This document shows, in pieces, positions 26,871 through 38,260 of a DNA stretch of 64,000 bases. The DNA is from Octopus bimaculoides (lineage: Eukaryota). Every line of letters begins with the position of its first letter. Position 1 is the stretch's first letter. The translations under genes and the position numbers were made by a program. The notes below the pieces were generated by a model. The model was not told the DNA's origin. It saw nothing but the letters and a program-made list of their open reading frames with translations, and searched no databases. Location: positions 55,886,663 to 55,950,662 of the forward strand of contig NC_068984.1 of the NCBI RefSeq assembly GCF_001194135.2, given 5' to 3'.

Positions 26871-27595
26871 GCCACTCCATCCGAACTTGCTACCCTTGTG
26901 GCAAAATTTGATATATACATACTGCTGTTCTCTGTCTTTTTCCCCTCTCTCTCAACGCACATATACACACATGTAGATGTCTATAAGTATGTGTATGTAT
27001 GTCTATATGCATTTTATAAGTTTATATATGTATATGTATATGTATATGTATATTTGTCTATTTATTTATATATATATATGTGTGTATATATGTGCATGTG
27101 TCTGTGTGAATGAATGTGTATATATATATATGTGTATGTGTGTGTAAATATATATTGTGAGTGTACGTTTCAATATATCTATAATATACTGTTGAACATA
27201 CAACATATACCTGTCGTCAAATTTCATGGCAGTCTAATCTTGACGTACATCAAAAGAAAACAAGACATTGGAAGAGACAATAAAATTGTCAGTTGGAAGA
27301 TGACATCTATTTCTTAGAAATTCTAATAACACACTTCCGCCTTTCTATCTCACTGTAATATGTCCTATGTTAATTTTTTTTTTTTTTTTTTTGTGACATC
27401 CTTATAACATTCTTCCATTGGCAGATTGAATACAGTCGCAAACCATCTCCAAGGTTGGTGGCTAATATCACGTACCATAGTTTCACATCTCAGACGATTT
27501 GACATAAATGTTGATTAAGTAATTGGCATCGTGTAACCTATTATCTTCTGTTAATGAAATGTACGGAAGAGGCGAAATTAAATACCATTTAACTT

Positions 27596-27737
<142 letters not shown>

Positions 27738-27896
27738 GCCACGATATTAACGTAAATTTCACAATATTAACATAAATATATCTTAGACAAAACTTCATAA
27801 TGCATAAACAAAACAATAATAAGTTTCAGAGAATTGTTTTAATTCACGATAACGAATGTGTTCGTTAATTGTTTTCTGATTCCACAATTGCTGTAT

Positions 27897-28235
27897 ATTC
27901 TTTATCTTTTACTTGTTTCAGTCATTGGACCGCGATCATACTGGGGTACCACCTTGAAGAATTTTTAGTCAAATGAATCAACCCTAGTACTTAAGCCTGG
28001 TACTTATTCTATCAGGCTATTTTAACGACCCTCTTAGTTACGGGGTCATAAACATCTATATACACACGCGCGCGTACATATGCGACGGGCTTCTATCAGT
28101 TTTCGTCTATCCAATCCACTCACTAAGCTTTGGTTGGCCCTAAGCTATAGTAGAAGACACGTGTCCACGGTGCCACGCAGCGGGATTGAACCCGGAAGCA
28201 TGTAATTAGGAAGCAAACTTCTTACCACACAGCCA
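27897..28235 (-). mobile_element. SINE family C with internal deletion
   Basis: CTTTTACTTGTTTCAGTCATT...CGACGGGCTTCTATCAGTTTTCGTCTA...GGGATTGAACCCGG. Confidence 0.92.
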
Positions 28236-28274
28236 ATCTTGAAAACTCATTTTGATCCGAGAATGACGCCTGAC

Positions 28275-28275
<1 letters not shown>

Positions 28276-28323
<48 letters not shown>

Positions 28324-28400
28324 AACTACTGCTGCTGCTATTACTACTACTATCACTACTGTGGAGGTCGCTGCTGCGGCTACTACTACTGCTATTACTA
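28276..28400. repeat. (GTA)n/(CTA)n/(CTG)n trinucleotide tract
   Basis: Direct. Confidence 0.95.
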
Positions 28401-29038
28401 TTTAAAAAATACATTTAGATTTTTAATGCATTAAGACGACTGTCAGTTTCCAAGCCGTTGTTGTATTGCTTTTCACCGGTCTTCTGCCTGTACAGAACAT
28501 CAAGTCACAAATTTAACAAGTTGGGACACAAATCGTTGACATCATGAAGAAAGATCATGCGTATATGAAATTCGAGAATAATTTACATACTTCCGGGCGC
28601 ACTTACGAATAAAGAAGTTTTTCTCACTTCATTTTGTCAAAACAGTACCATTTAAACAGTTTATTTGTATAAAACAACAATATTTACTTATTTTTGTCAT
28701 TGACATCACGCAAAATTTCAAAATGAAGATGCTAGGTTAATCCTTGTAAATATCTTTAAATTGTGTATACTTAAAATCATAGGTGTTAATGCATAGCTTG
28801 TTACTCTTCTTCTTCTTCTTTGGATTTTTCTCTCGTCATAAACATTGAGTTAAATGTGATACTTTACAGTATTAGACAGTTGTAGAACAGTCAATCTTCT
28901 GGTTATAAAGTCGCTACAAAATTTGATTTGAAAAGTGAAAGTTACGGAGTGTGAGTTTATAGGGCTTTCCTATAAGGTGTTATCCACCCCTGATTGGAAC
29001 TCTCCCGTATGACATGTACGCATGCTCAGTGACTTGCT

Positions 29039-29284
29039 TTAACAGTTGCAATCAGCTGAATGCACATTGCTAGTGACATTTGACATAATTACCCACACTC
29101 TGTGATCAGGATTCTTTTTTTGGTTTGATGTCGGTATCGAAGGGATTACCAGACACCGGACAATACAGTGAGAGCAGCTTTCACTCACGTCGTGGTATTC
29201 GATGCTGTGTACGTGTCTGTCGTGGTAAAATATGCCACTCCTTAACTGTTGCTTTGCTTTCATCCGTAGCACGAGGTAATTATG
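29039..29284 (-). CDS. Transposon accessory protein, continuation ending in the first half of a SWIM finger (truncated)
   Basis: HNYLVLRMKAKQQLRSGIFYHDRHV...CIVRCLVIPS...PDHRVWVIM....VHSADCNC*; resembles the YNYLV...V...V..S....W.......V.SAHC.C pre-SWIM block of YqaJ-type transposon proteins. Confidence 0.7.
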   Translation of the reverse strand, partial: HNYLVLRMKAKQQLRSGIFYHDRHVHSIEYHDVSESCSHCIVRCLVIPSIPTSNQKKNPDHRVWVIMSNVTSNVHSADCNC

Positions 29285-29294
29285 NNNNNNNNNN

Positions 29295-29508
29295 TCCTGT
29301 CTGAAGTATCGTCCGATACTTCAGACTTATCGTCCGATGAATTTACTTTGTTGACATTTTTCATTGACATAATTTTTATTCCTTTCAACCTTTCAGTCAA
29401 GTCCGCCTTTCTTCCAGTAACATACTGTCCATATAATCTTAAATATTTCTTTAACTCAGGCACAGTAAGTACTTCGATAGCTGAATCATCAAGCTGCTTT
29501 ATATCCAT
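29295..29508 (-). CDS. Transposon accessory protein, N-terminal SAP domain (runs into N-gap)
   Basis: ATG at 29508 (ATCATGG); LTVPELKKYLRLYGQYVTGRKADLTERL fits the SAP consensus L.V.ELK..L...G....G.K.DL..RL; 71 open codons up to the gap. Confidence 0.8.
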
Positions 29509-29820
29509 GATAAGACGTAAAACAATAACAATGGCGTGGGTTAGCCTCCGGAAGTTTAATTATCTACATGGAGCGCCGCCTAGCCAAGGGAGATAACCTA
29601 CTTATAGGAAAGCCCTATAGCAGTAAAACGCAGAATGTGAGATATACTTAACTGAAATTCACAAGACGCACCTGTTCCTTTCTGTTTTGATACGCTAAGC
29701 TAATACTCGTCAATGTGGCATATAGTTTATATATAAAACTTTCATTGTTGACGTATAGCCTGTTTTAGACAGAGACACAAACAGACATACAGACAGACGA
29801 ACGGACAGAAAGACAGACAG

Positions 29821-30050
29821 GAGGTGAGCTGGCAGAAACGTTAACACGCAGGGCGAAATGCTTAGCGGTATTTCGTCTGCCGTTACGTTCTGAGTTCAAA
29901 TTCCGCCGAGGTTGATTTTGCCTTTCATCCTTTCGGGGTCGATAAATTAAGTACCAGTTACGCACTGGGGTCGATGTAATCGACTTAACCCCTTTTTATG
30001 TCCTTGTTTGTCCCATCTATGTTTAGCCCCTTGTGGGCAATAAAGAAATA
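29821..30050 (+). mobile_element. SINE family D, full length, near-perfect 14-bp TSD
   Basis: AGAAAGACAGACAG at 29807-29820 vs AGAAAGACACACAG at 30051-30064; inserted in a (GACA)n tract. Confidence 0.96.
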
Positions 30051-31039
30051 AGAAAGACACACAGACAGACAGACAGATAGATAGATAGATAGATAGATAG
30101 ACGTATAAATATATACATACAAGTGTGTATACAGAGTTAAAAAGCATATGTGAAATTCTTTTATCTAGATTAATGACTAATGCATTGAGAGAGGTAAAAC
30201 AATGCAGTGTCTGTATTTACCCATTAATATCTATGCTGCAAACTACCTATCTATATATTTGACCATTGTGTCTAACTCTTTATAATTGTCAGCCCGTCAG
30301 CCTAGTTAGTTGTGCAGTAATATATGTATGTACATACATGTGGCTATATCTATAAATCGATTTATCTATTTGTATAAAGTATGGATACGCAAATGAATTA
30401 TCACAAATATCTATGTATCTACTTTTCTGTTAACCTACTTATCTATCTAGTTGTGTATTTTTCCCTAACACACTTCTTATATCGTTCTATCCCCACCCCC
30501 TATCAATGAACGCATTAATGTATGCGTATACATACAACAACATATACTCATAAATATGCATATATATATATAAGATACACATGTTGTATAACTCTATATA
30601 TCCACATTACAACTGTCAATAATATATACCTAACTGAAAACGTTGCCTTTGCATGAGCAGGAAGAATTAAAACAGCTATCAAAAGGACTTCAGTAATAAT
30701 AATTCGAATTATGTTTCCCCATGTTTTCTCTTTGTCCCTACCTTTCTCTCCCTCCCTAACTCCCGCTCCTTATCTCTCCTTCCATTTCTCCCTTTCTCCT
30801 TCTTTCTCACTCTCTCTCTATCTATCTATCTATCTACCTATTTTCTCATTCCCTTTCAATATCCGATCATATGATACATGTGTGTGCATGTTCGCATAGG
30901 TAAGTATGTTTTACTGCAGACGTTCAACGAATGAAGAAGCAAAAATTTCACGTGTCTTTAATTTAATGAGTAGCATAATATCTCCCGCCAGAATATGCTT
31001 ACAATGCTCAAATACTATAAATCTTCCTTCTTCAATGTC

Positions 31040-31141
31040 CACAGTTAGACAGACAAACAGACAGACAGGCAGACAGACAGACTGACTGACAGACAGACAG
31101 GCAGGTAGGTAGGTAGCTAGGTAGGTAGGTAGGTAGGTAGG

Positions 31142-31189
<48 letters not shown>

Positions 31190-31457
31190 CGTGTGTGTGT
31201 GTTTGTGTGCGTGCATATGTGTGTATGTGCGTATGAGTGTGCGTTTATGTGTGTGGCGGGGTTTGTGTGTATATACATATGTGTTCACACACATATATAC
31301 ATATATATTTATGTATATGTATACTTCAACGTGTGTAAGAAAGCATGCATGCATATGCATATGTGTGCATATATATATATATGTGTGTGTGTGTGTGTAT
31401 GTGTGTATATATATATTTATGTACATATGTATACATATATATATATATATATATATA
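31040..31457. repeat. Compound (GACA)(GACT)(GGTA)(GATA)(GT)(TA) microsatellite tract
   Basis: Direct; source of ORFs 30911..31426, 31191..31655 and others. Confidence 0.95.
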
Positions 31458-32375
31458 NNNNNNNNNNNNNNNNNNNNNNNNNNNNNNNNNNNNNNNNNNN
31501 NNNNNNNNNNNNNNNNNNNNNNNNNNNNNNNNNNNNNNNNNNNNNNNNNNNNNNNNNNNNNNNNNNNNNNNNNNNNNNNNNNNNNNNNNNNNNNNNNNNN
31601 NNNNNNNNNNNNNNNNNNNNNNNNNNNNNNNNNNNNNNNNNNNNNNTATATATAAAGTTATTAATTTCTGCTTCTATATTTTATCGAAGACGCTGATTAA
31701 CACCATTTTGTTTCATTATTTCTGCTCCATTGCTGCACATTTAAGTAAATGATGTTTTAATTTTTGCTTTTGTTTCTTAATTTTCACGAATTCAATTTTC
31801 AAATATTCTTTATTTTATTCATTTATTAGGAGCGCACTTTATTTTAGTTAAAAGTGCAGTGCAGTCGAACGTTTGTCATGTGATATAATTCATATCATTT
31901 TGTTTGCGTCTGCAACTGACTTCTCTAAAATGTTTAATGGTGTAGGGGCGTTCATTGTTTGCTTTTATAAATTACACTGTGTAACACAATTTGGGGTAGC
32001 ACCTGTTATATCCTATTTGCTTACCCGTAGAATGTGTGGAAAATGGCTAACATTTTCTTTAAATTTTGCTTTTGTTACGGTATTTATCTTGCTCAGCACT
32101 TGACTATGATGCTCCCCAAATACTCCTGCTCATGATCAGAGATACATATATTGTCAACTACTAAAGGACATGCTCGAGTGGTTTAGGTCAAGCAACGGAC
32201 AAGCAAATTTGTGGTACTGAGCAGAATATTTGCTATAATGATATTTCTGCTTCAGCAACTCAGCGCTGAATGTGTCTGTAATGTAATGGAAAATAGGCCA
32301 GTTTCAAAGCATCGACGTTCAAGTTACAAAAGCAAAGCTTGAAGGGAATAGTAATCATTTCAGGAATAGTAATCA

Positions 32376-32607
32376 AAGGCGGCGAGCTGGCAGAAACGTT
32401 AGCACGCCGGGCGAAATGCTTAGCGGTATTTCGTCTGCCGGTACGTTCTGAGTTCAAATTCCGCCGAGGTCGACTTTGCCTTTCATCCTTTCGGGGTCGA
32501 TTAAATAAGTACCAGTTACGCACTGGAGTCGATATAATCGATTTTATCCGTTTGTTTGTCCTTGTTTGTCCCCTCTGTGTGTAGCCCCTTGTGGGCCGTA
32601 GCGAAAT
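32376..32607 (+). mobile_element. SINE family D, full length, young, 20-bp TSD
   Basis: AAGGGAATAGTAATCATTTC at 32342-32361 and 32608-32627; CpGs intact. Confidence 0.97.
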
Positions 32608-32999
32608 AAGGGAATAGTAATCATTTCCTTTAATTTCTAGATAGAAGCAAGTAGAAAATAACACTTACTGGCTAAAGACAAAAAGAAAAAGATTCAAATC
32701 CTGTTATAATGTTAATTGTTCCCCTGATTTTCTGTAGAATATACACCTGGCAATCGGTAGATCTAAATCCTCAACCAATTTACAAAGACATACTTTTGTC
32801 TACACGCTAACAAAATTAACACTTTTTGCTAAAACAATCAACAATACTGTACGATTTTCAAAACAAATATGCCACTCGCCCTACGATATGTGGGCGTGCG
32901 CGTGTGTGTGTGTTTGATGCGTATGTGTGTATATGTGGGTGTATAGAGAAAAGGGGAAAGAAAAGTGAGACAAGAAGAGGTATTTGGTTTATATATATA

Positions 33000-33163
33000 G
33001 GCGCAGGCGTGGCTTTGTGGTAAGAAGTTTGCTTCTCAATCTGATTCTGTACCGGATTCTGTACCACTGCATGGTATCTTGGGCAAGTGTCTTCTACTAT
33101 AGCCCTGGACCGAAAAAAGTCTTGTGAGTGGATTTGGCAGGCAGAAACTGAAAGAATTCCGTA
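33000..33163 (+). mobile_element. SINE family C, 5' half ending at the internal (TA)n
   Basis: GGCGCAGGCGTGGCTTTGTGGTAAGAAG...CTTGGGCAAGTGTCTTCTACTATAGCC...CAGAAACTGAAAGAA. Confidence 0.9.
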
Positions 33164-33735
33164 GTATATATCTATATATATTTATATATGCATGTCATTG
33201 TCCAGTTTTATTTCAAGATTTCTTGCCAAGAGAGAAAGAGCCTGTTTCTAACCTAGATCCATGGCGCCTTCGTCAGAATTTCAACACCACAACAGGGTAT
33301 TTTTGTTCGTACGTATGTATGTATGTATTTATGTATGTATGTATGTATGTATGTATGTATGCAGATTTGTATATTTTGCTTTATGTATGTATTCTCATGC
33401 ATATAGTTGCATATCTAGACATGCTCATATATATTTAAATGATAAACTTCTGGAAAGTTTTACTGATTTTTACAGTTCTATTGATGGATTGGATCTGTAA
33501 TCTTCGAATTAGCTTTCTGTTTTCTGGTTTTGAGAAGCCTATTTTCTCAAGATTGGTATTTAGGCAATGTGTTACATATCCTAGGGTCCCAATAATTATA
33601 GGTATAAACCTAAACTTGTAATCTGGATAGAGTAACTACAGATTTCTCAATAGTTCAGCGTAGATATTATCCCTTTCATTGATCTTCAGCTTTATGTTAA
33701 CATCCGCTTGGGAGCTAATTTCCACAACTGTACAC

Positions 33736-33935
33736 AAGGGTTTAGTCGAACAAATCGACACTGTAGTTTCTAAAAGCCTGGCGCTTATTCTATTTGTCTC
33801 TTTTGTTCGATAAAAGAGACCAATAGAATAAGCGCCAGGCTTTTAAAAACTACAGGGTCGATTTGTTCGACTAAACCCTTCAAAGTGGTGTCCTAGCATG
33901 ACCGCACTCCAATGACTGAAACAAGTAAAAGATAA
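33736..33935 (+). mobile_element. SINE family C 3' fragment preceded by an inverted copy of itself (fold-back)
   Basis: Arms 33736-33804 and 33812-33880 pair at 66/69; tail continues CATGACCGC...GACTGAAACAAGTAAAAGA. Confidence 0.93.
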
Positions 33936-34089
33936 AATATTATCAAAAACAACGCGACTAAATTAATTGTTGGTTCCAACATACGTAACTTCTTTCGTAT
34001 ATCATTACTATTTTTCCATGCAATCAGCTTCTTTGGACGACTATATTCGTTAGTAGTTTGAAAATAATATGCGTAGAGAGATGGCTGTA

Positions 34090-34106
34090 GTAATAGATAG
34101 AGAGAG

Positions 34107-34161
<55 letters not shown>

Positions 34162-34185
34162 CAGAAAGAGAGAGAGAGAGAGATG
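34090..34185. repeat. (GA)n microsatellite
   Basis: Direct. Confidence 0.96.
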
Positions 34186-34544
34186 ATACATTAAACATGT
34201 ACGACCTTTCACAGGAGTGAAGAAACTAAGTTTATACTCACTGTTCCAAGACAGTAATTATGTTTCCAAAGGTCAAGCTGTATTTCGCAAGAAACCATCT
34301 GCTGGAATTGCCATAAAATTTCGAAATTTCTGAAATGATTTCCTAGAATTTTATCACAGCTATAACTTCACGTCGTTATTCGGAAGTTCCTTCGTTGATT
34401 AAAGTTAATAAAGCTACAACGTTGGTGCAGTAACTTTTAACACACACGTGCGTACGTACATGCGTATATATACACGTTATCATAAATATGTGTGTATGTG
34501 TGTGTATGTGTGTGTGTGTGTGCGTGCGAGTGTGCGATTGTGTA

Positions 34545-34578
<34 letters not shown>

Positions 34579-35007
34579 NNNNNNNNNNNNNNNNNNNNNN
34601 NNNNNNNNNNNNNNNNNNNNNNNNNNNNNNNNNNNNNNNNNNNNNNNNNNNNNNNNNNNNNNNNNNNNNNNNNNNNNNNNNNNNNNNNNNNNNNNNNNNN
34701 NNNNNNNNNNNNNNNNNNNNNNNNNNNNNNNNNNNNNNNNNNNNNNNNNNNNNNNNNNNNNNNNNNNNNNNNNNNNNNNNNNNNNNNNNNNNNNNNNNNN
34801 NNNNNNNNNNNNNNNNNNNNNNNNNNNNNNNNNNNNNNNNNNNNNNNNNNNNNNNNNNNNNNNNNNNNNNNNNNNNNNNNNNNNNNNNNNNNNNNNNNNN
34901 NNNNNNNNNNNNNNNNNNNNNNNNNNNNNNNNNNNNNNNNNNNNNNNNNNNNNNNNNNNNNNNNNNNNNNNNNNNNNNNNNNNNNNNNNNNNNNNNNNNN
35001 NNNNNNN

Positions 35008-35057
<50 letters not shown>

Positions 35058-35339
35058 TATGTCACCTGTATTGACCAGACTATGGTGATTCATGATATTA
35101 TTTGGAGTATTAGTCAGTAAATGATTATATTTGATACTAACAAAATTACAATGACTTTTAGGATTATGTCATCGTTTTAACAAAGCTATCAAACTTGGAT
35201 TTATTTCTCTAGTTAAGATACTCTTTCTATATATTTTATTAATCTTACATGCAACTTAGGTGTCGATATATGCATCTGTGCAACTTTGCTATTTGTATGT
35301 GAGCATATGTGTGTGTATGTTAGTGTGTTAAAATATGTA

Positions 35340-35585
35340 GTTCTCGGGGAGATTTAGCGTGACACAGTGTGACAAGGCTGGCCCTTTGAAATAAAAGGTA
35401 CAACAGAAACAGGAAGAAAGAGTGAGAGAAAGTTGTGGTGAAAGTACAGCAGGGTTCGCCACCACCCCCTGTCGGGTCCTCGTGGAGCTTTAGGTGTTTT
35501 CGCTCAATAAACACTCACAACGCCCGGTCTGAGATTCGAAACCGCGAGTCCGCTGCCCTAACCACTGGGTCGTTGCACTTCCACC
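35340..35585 (-). mobile_element. SINE family B, 3'-truncated
   Basis: Reverse-complement match to 16194-16420 (AAAGTTGTGGTGAAAGTACAGCAGGGTT...GAGATTCGAAACC). Confidence 0.92.
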
Positions 35586-35861
35586 ATAATTATGTAATTA
35601 TATGTTTAATAATGTTTGCCCTAATGAAACAGTAGTTGAACATAAAGTATGGACTTTAATTTCAAAGGAGTATAATACTCTTATCTCCTTCAAAATAACA
35701 ACCTCTGACTTGCCCAGAACTATATAATCCAACGACTTCTTTCCTTTTAAGGCATTAACTTTGATTTGCGGGAGATTTGGCTGGCTCCAACGTCTGGCAC
35801 TTCATATGACTACATAGAAGTTCCATCTCTCACTCGGATGCAGTGGACTTATTGCTACTGC

Positions 35862-36069
35862 TTGACCCCAGGTCATCCCTAACCAAACATACGAATTATC
35901 AAAGACATTCCAGCCATGAACATCCCACCTTTCCAATTTTTTTCAGACCTAGTGTATCTAGGATTGCAATATCCATTTGTTTCCTTCCATTTTTAGAGGT
36001 GAGATATGAGGAGAATTCAGCTGCAAATAGTAGCAGATCGAGCGACTTCATGGATCCTGTTTCGTTGGC
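35862..36069. mobile_element. Family F, best-preserved copy (partial copy just upstream at ~35755-35830)
   Basis: TTGACCCCAGGTCATCCCT...ATCAAAGACATTCCAGCCATGAACATCCC...GGAGAATTCAGCTGC...AGCAGATCGAGCGAC. Confidence 0.7.
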
Positions 36070-36911
36070 ACGTATGTACTGAAACCGTTCTTATGAAGAG
36101 ACGCCATTGTCCTTGCTGAAAAAACCTCTCATTATAGGTTTCTTTACTAAAGATTCATCCGCTCCTAAAATCCAATGTACGAATAACATACGAGCTACCT
36201 GATTTCTAAACATATTTATTAACGTACTTGTTAACGTACTAATTAACTATTTTCTTAACTGTCATATGATTTAAGTGTATTTCATTACCTTTTATTCGAG
36301 CTAAGTATTTCGTTAACTTGTACAGGAGCTACAATCTCGTATAGGACTGAAGCATCCATTGGAAAGCCACTTTAGCTTTTGGGTTGTTGTTCTTTTTTTT
36401 TTAACTCAGAACAGGATCCCAAATCATCTCGTGCAGATCGAACTCTGTTTTGACATATGAGGAATGAATGATGGCTTGCTTGAACCAATCTATCTTATTT
36501 TGAAGATGATATAACACCTGCTAAAGATTTTGGAACAGATATCTTGCTTTCCTTTTTTGCTCAGAGATTTATTATATATATATATATTCTGTTAGATATT
36601 TCGGCCATTGAATAATAGAGTTTGAAGTGTTGAGAATGTTGCTTTCTCTTGAAGTGAGAATGAATACGTTAAACCAACTTCAAATCGGAAAGGATTCAAC
36701 CGAAACCGTGAACCCGTTGTAATATACAGAGCAACTTTTAGAACAAACAAAAGAAACGAAAACAAAAAATTACAACAAGCATTATCTCTGAATCTTCAAT
36801 AAGTTCAAAGCAAAAATCATGCATACGTAGTGATATTATGAAAAGAATGAATAAATCTTTGTTGTTTTGTGTAGAAGACATAACTTAATATTACCATACA
36901 CACACACAAAT

Positions 36912-36942
<31 letters not shown>

Positions 36943-37189
36943 AACACGCACGCACGCACACTCACACACACATGCACATACAGGCACATACAAATACACA
37001 AGCGATAATCGTATTTCTAATTCTCTATTCATCACGAGTGCTTAAATTTTGTGGTGTTTTTTAATATCAACAATGCTTATCTCCCTTATATTACACGGTT
37101 TCGATTTGCTTGGTGACTCACAGAGTCAATCTACCGTGTAAACCGAAAGACAACTATGTGAATGTATATATAAGTGTATATGTGTATAC

Positions 37190-37194
<5 letters not shown>

Positions 37195-37222
<28 letters not shown>

Positions 37223-37233
37223 TGTATGTATGT

Positions 37234-37289
<56 letters not shown>

Positions 37290-37501
37290 ATACACGTGTA
37301 ATATGCTTATATGTATATGCACATATACGTACATGTATGTATAAATGCCATACACAAGCACACACACACACATATATATACATGTGTGCGTGTGTGTGTA
37401 TGTATTATGCAAATACCCTCTTACTATGATGTATATGAGAGTGCGGCACAGGTATTTTGTGTGTGTTTGTGTGTGTGTGTGTATGTGTGTGTGTGTGTGT
37501 G

Positions 37502-37549
<48 letters not shown>

Positions 37550-37560
37550 CGTGTGTGTAG
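37195..37560. repeat. (TATG)n(TAGA)n and (GT)n microsatellites
   Basis: Direct. Confidence 0.95.
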
Positions 37561-38149
37561 TTGTTACATGTTCATTAGCTTACATGCATGTATTTCTGAA
37601 CCACTACATTCGTGTATGTCTCATAGTACGTAGTTAAAGCAGCCTTAATTTCAGCTTAAACATCAATGGACGTTTATTAGATCAGCAAATATTATCCATC
37701 TTCATTGGCGATATGAATCAGAGAAGACGAGAAAAAAATAAATATATGTTAAACAAAAAAACAAAACATGATCCTGCAGAGTCAATAATCCAATCAATGT
37801 TCTCCAGGCAACCGCAACGTTCTTTGAAAACTCTACAGCTTTAGTCTTTAAAAAAAATTAGTGTCGCATACAAAGTGATTAGTTGGGGAGCGTATGGCTG
37901 TATTTCAAATCTTTGTGTACCTTGTTTCTTTTGACTGTGTGCAAGAATACTGCCCGTTATGGAGTAATGAATTTCTTTTAGAGAACTATGTTAGATCCCG
38001 TTCCAAACGTATGATTTTTCTGTGTTCACTGGTGTTATATCTCGTCAGATAGATTCTCTCTTATTGTTGTGTAGGCAGCCTAAGTACGGGAGGAAACAGA
38101 ATCGTCGGATCGATAGAGAAAACTACCTGCAACATTTAATTAATCGCGC

Positions 38150-38260
38150 TTTAATTTGCGAATTTCGGTCTTGGCTGAATATTCTTTGACTTTCATCCAT
38201 CCAAGGGTAAATAAAATAATTACCAGTCACGTACGGGGGTCGATTTAAATGAGTGTCTAG
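38150..38260 (+). mobile_element. SINE family D, degenerate central domain
   Basis: GACTTTCATCCATCCAAGGGTAAATAAAATAATTACCAG...GGGGGTCGAT. Confidence 0.6.

Larger units (their letters stand above)
28961..29616 (-). mobile_element. Internally deleted cut-and-paste DNA transposon with 16-bp perfect TIRs (ISL2EU-like by inference)
   Basis: AGGGCTTTCCTATAAG at 28961-28976 and its reverse complement CTTATAGGAAAGCCCT at 29601-29616; flanked by AT on both sides (28959-60, 29617-18) within a TATA context; carries a SAP/SWIM ORF. Confidence 0.9.

Noticed and set aside
36409-36470. Strong acceptor TTTTTTTTTTAACTCAG followed by GC-richer sequence
   Set aside because: All three frames stop within 20 codons and there is no upstream partner exon; it cannot be supported without RNA data.
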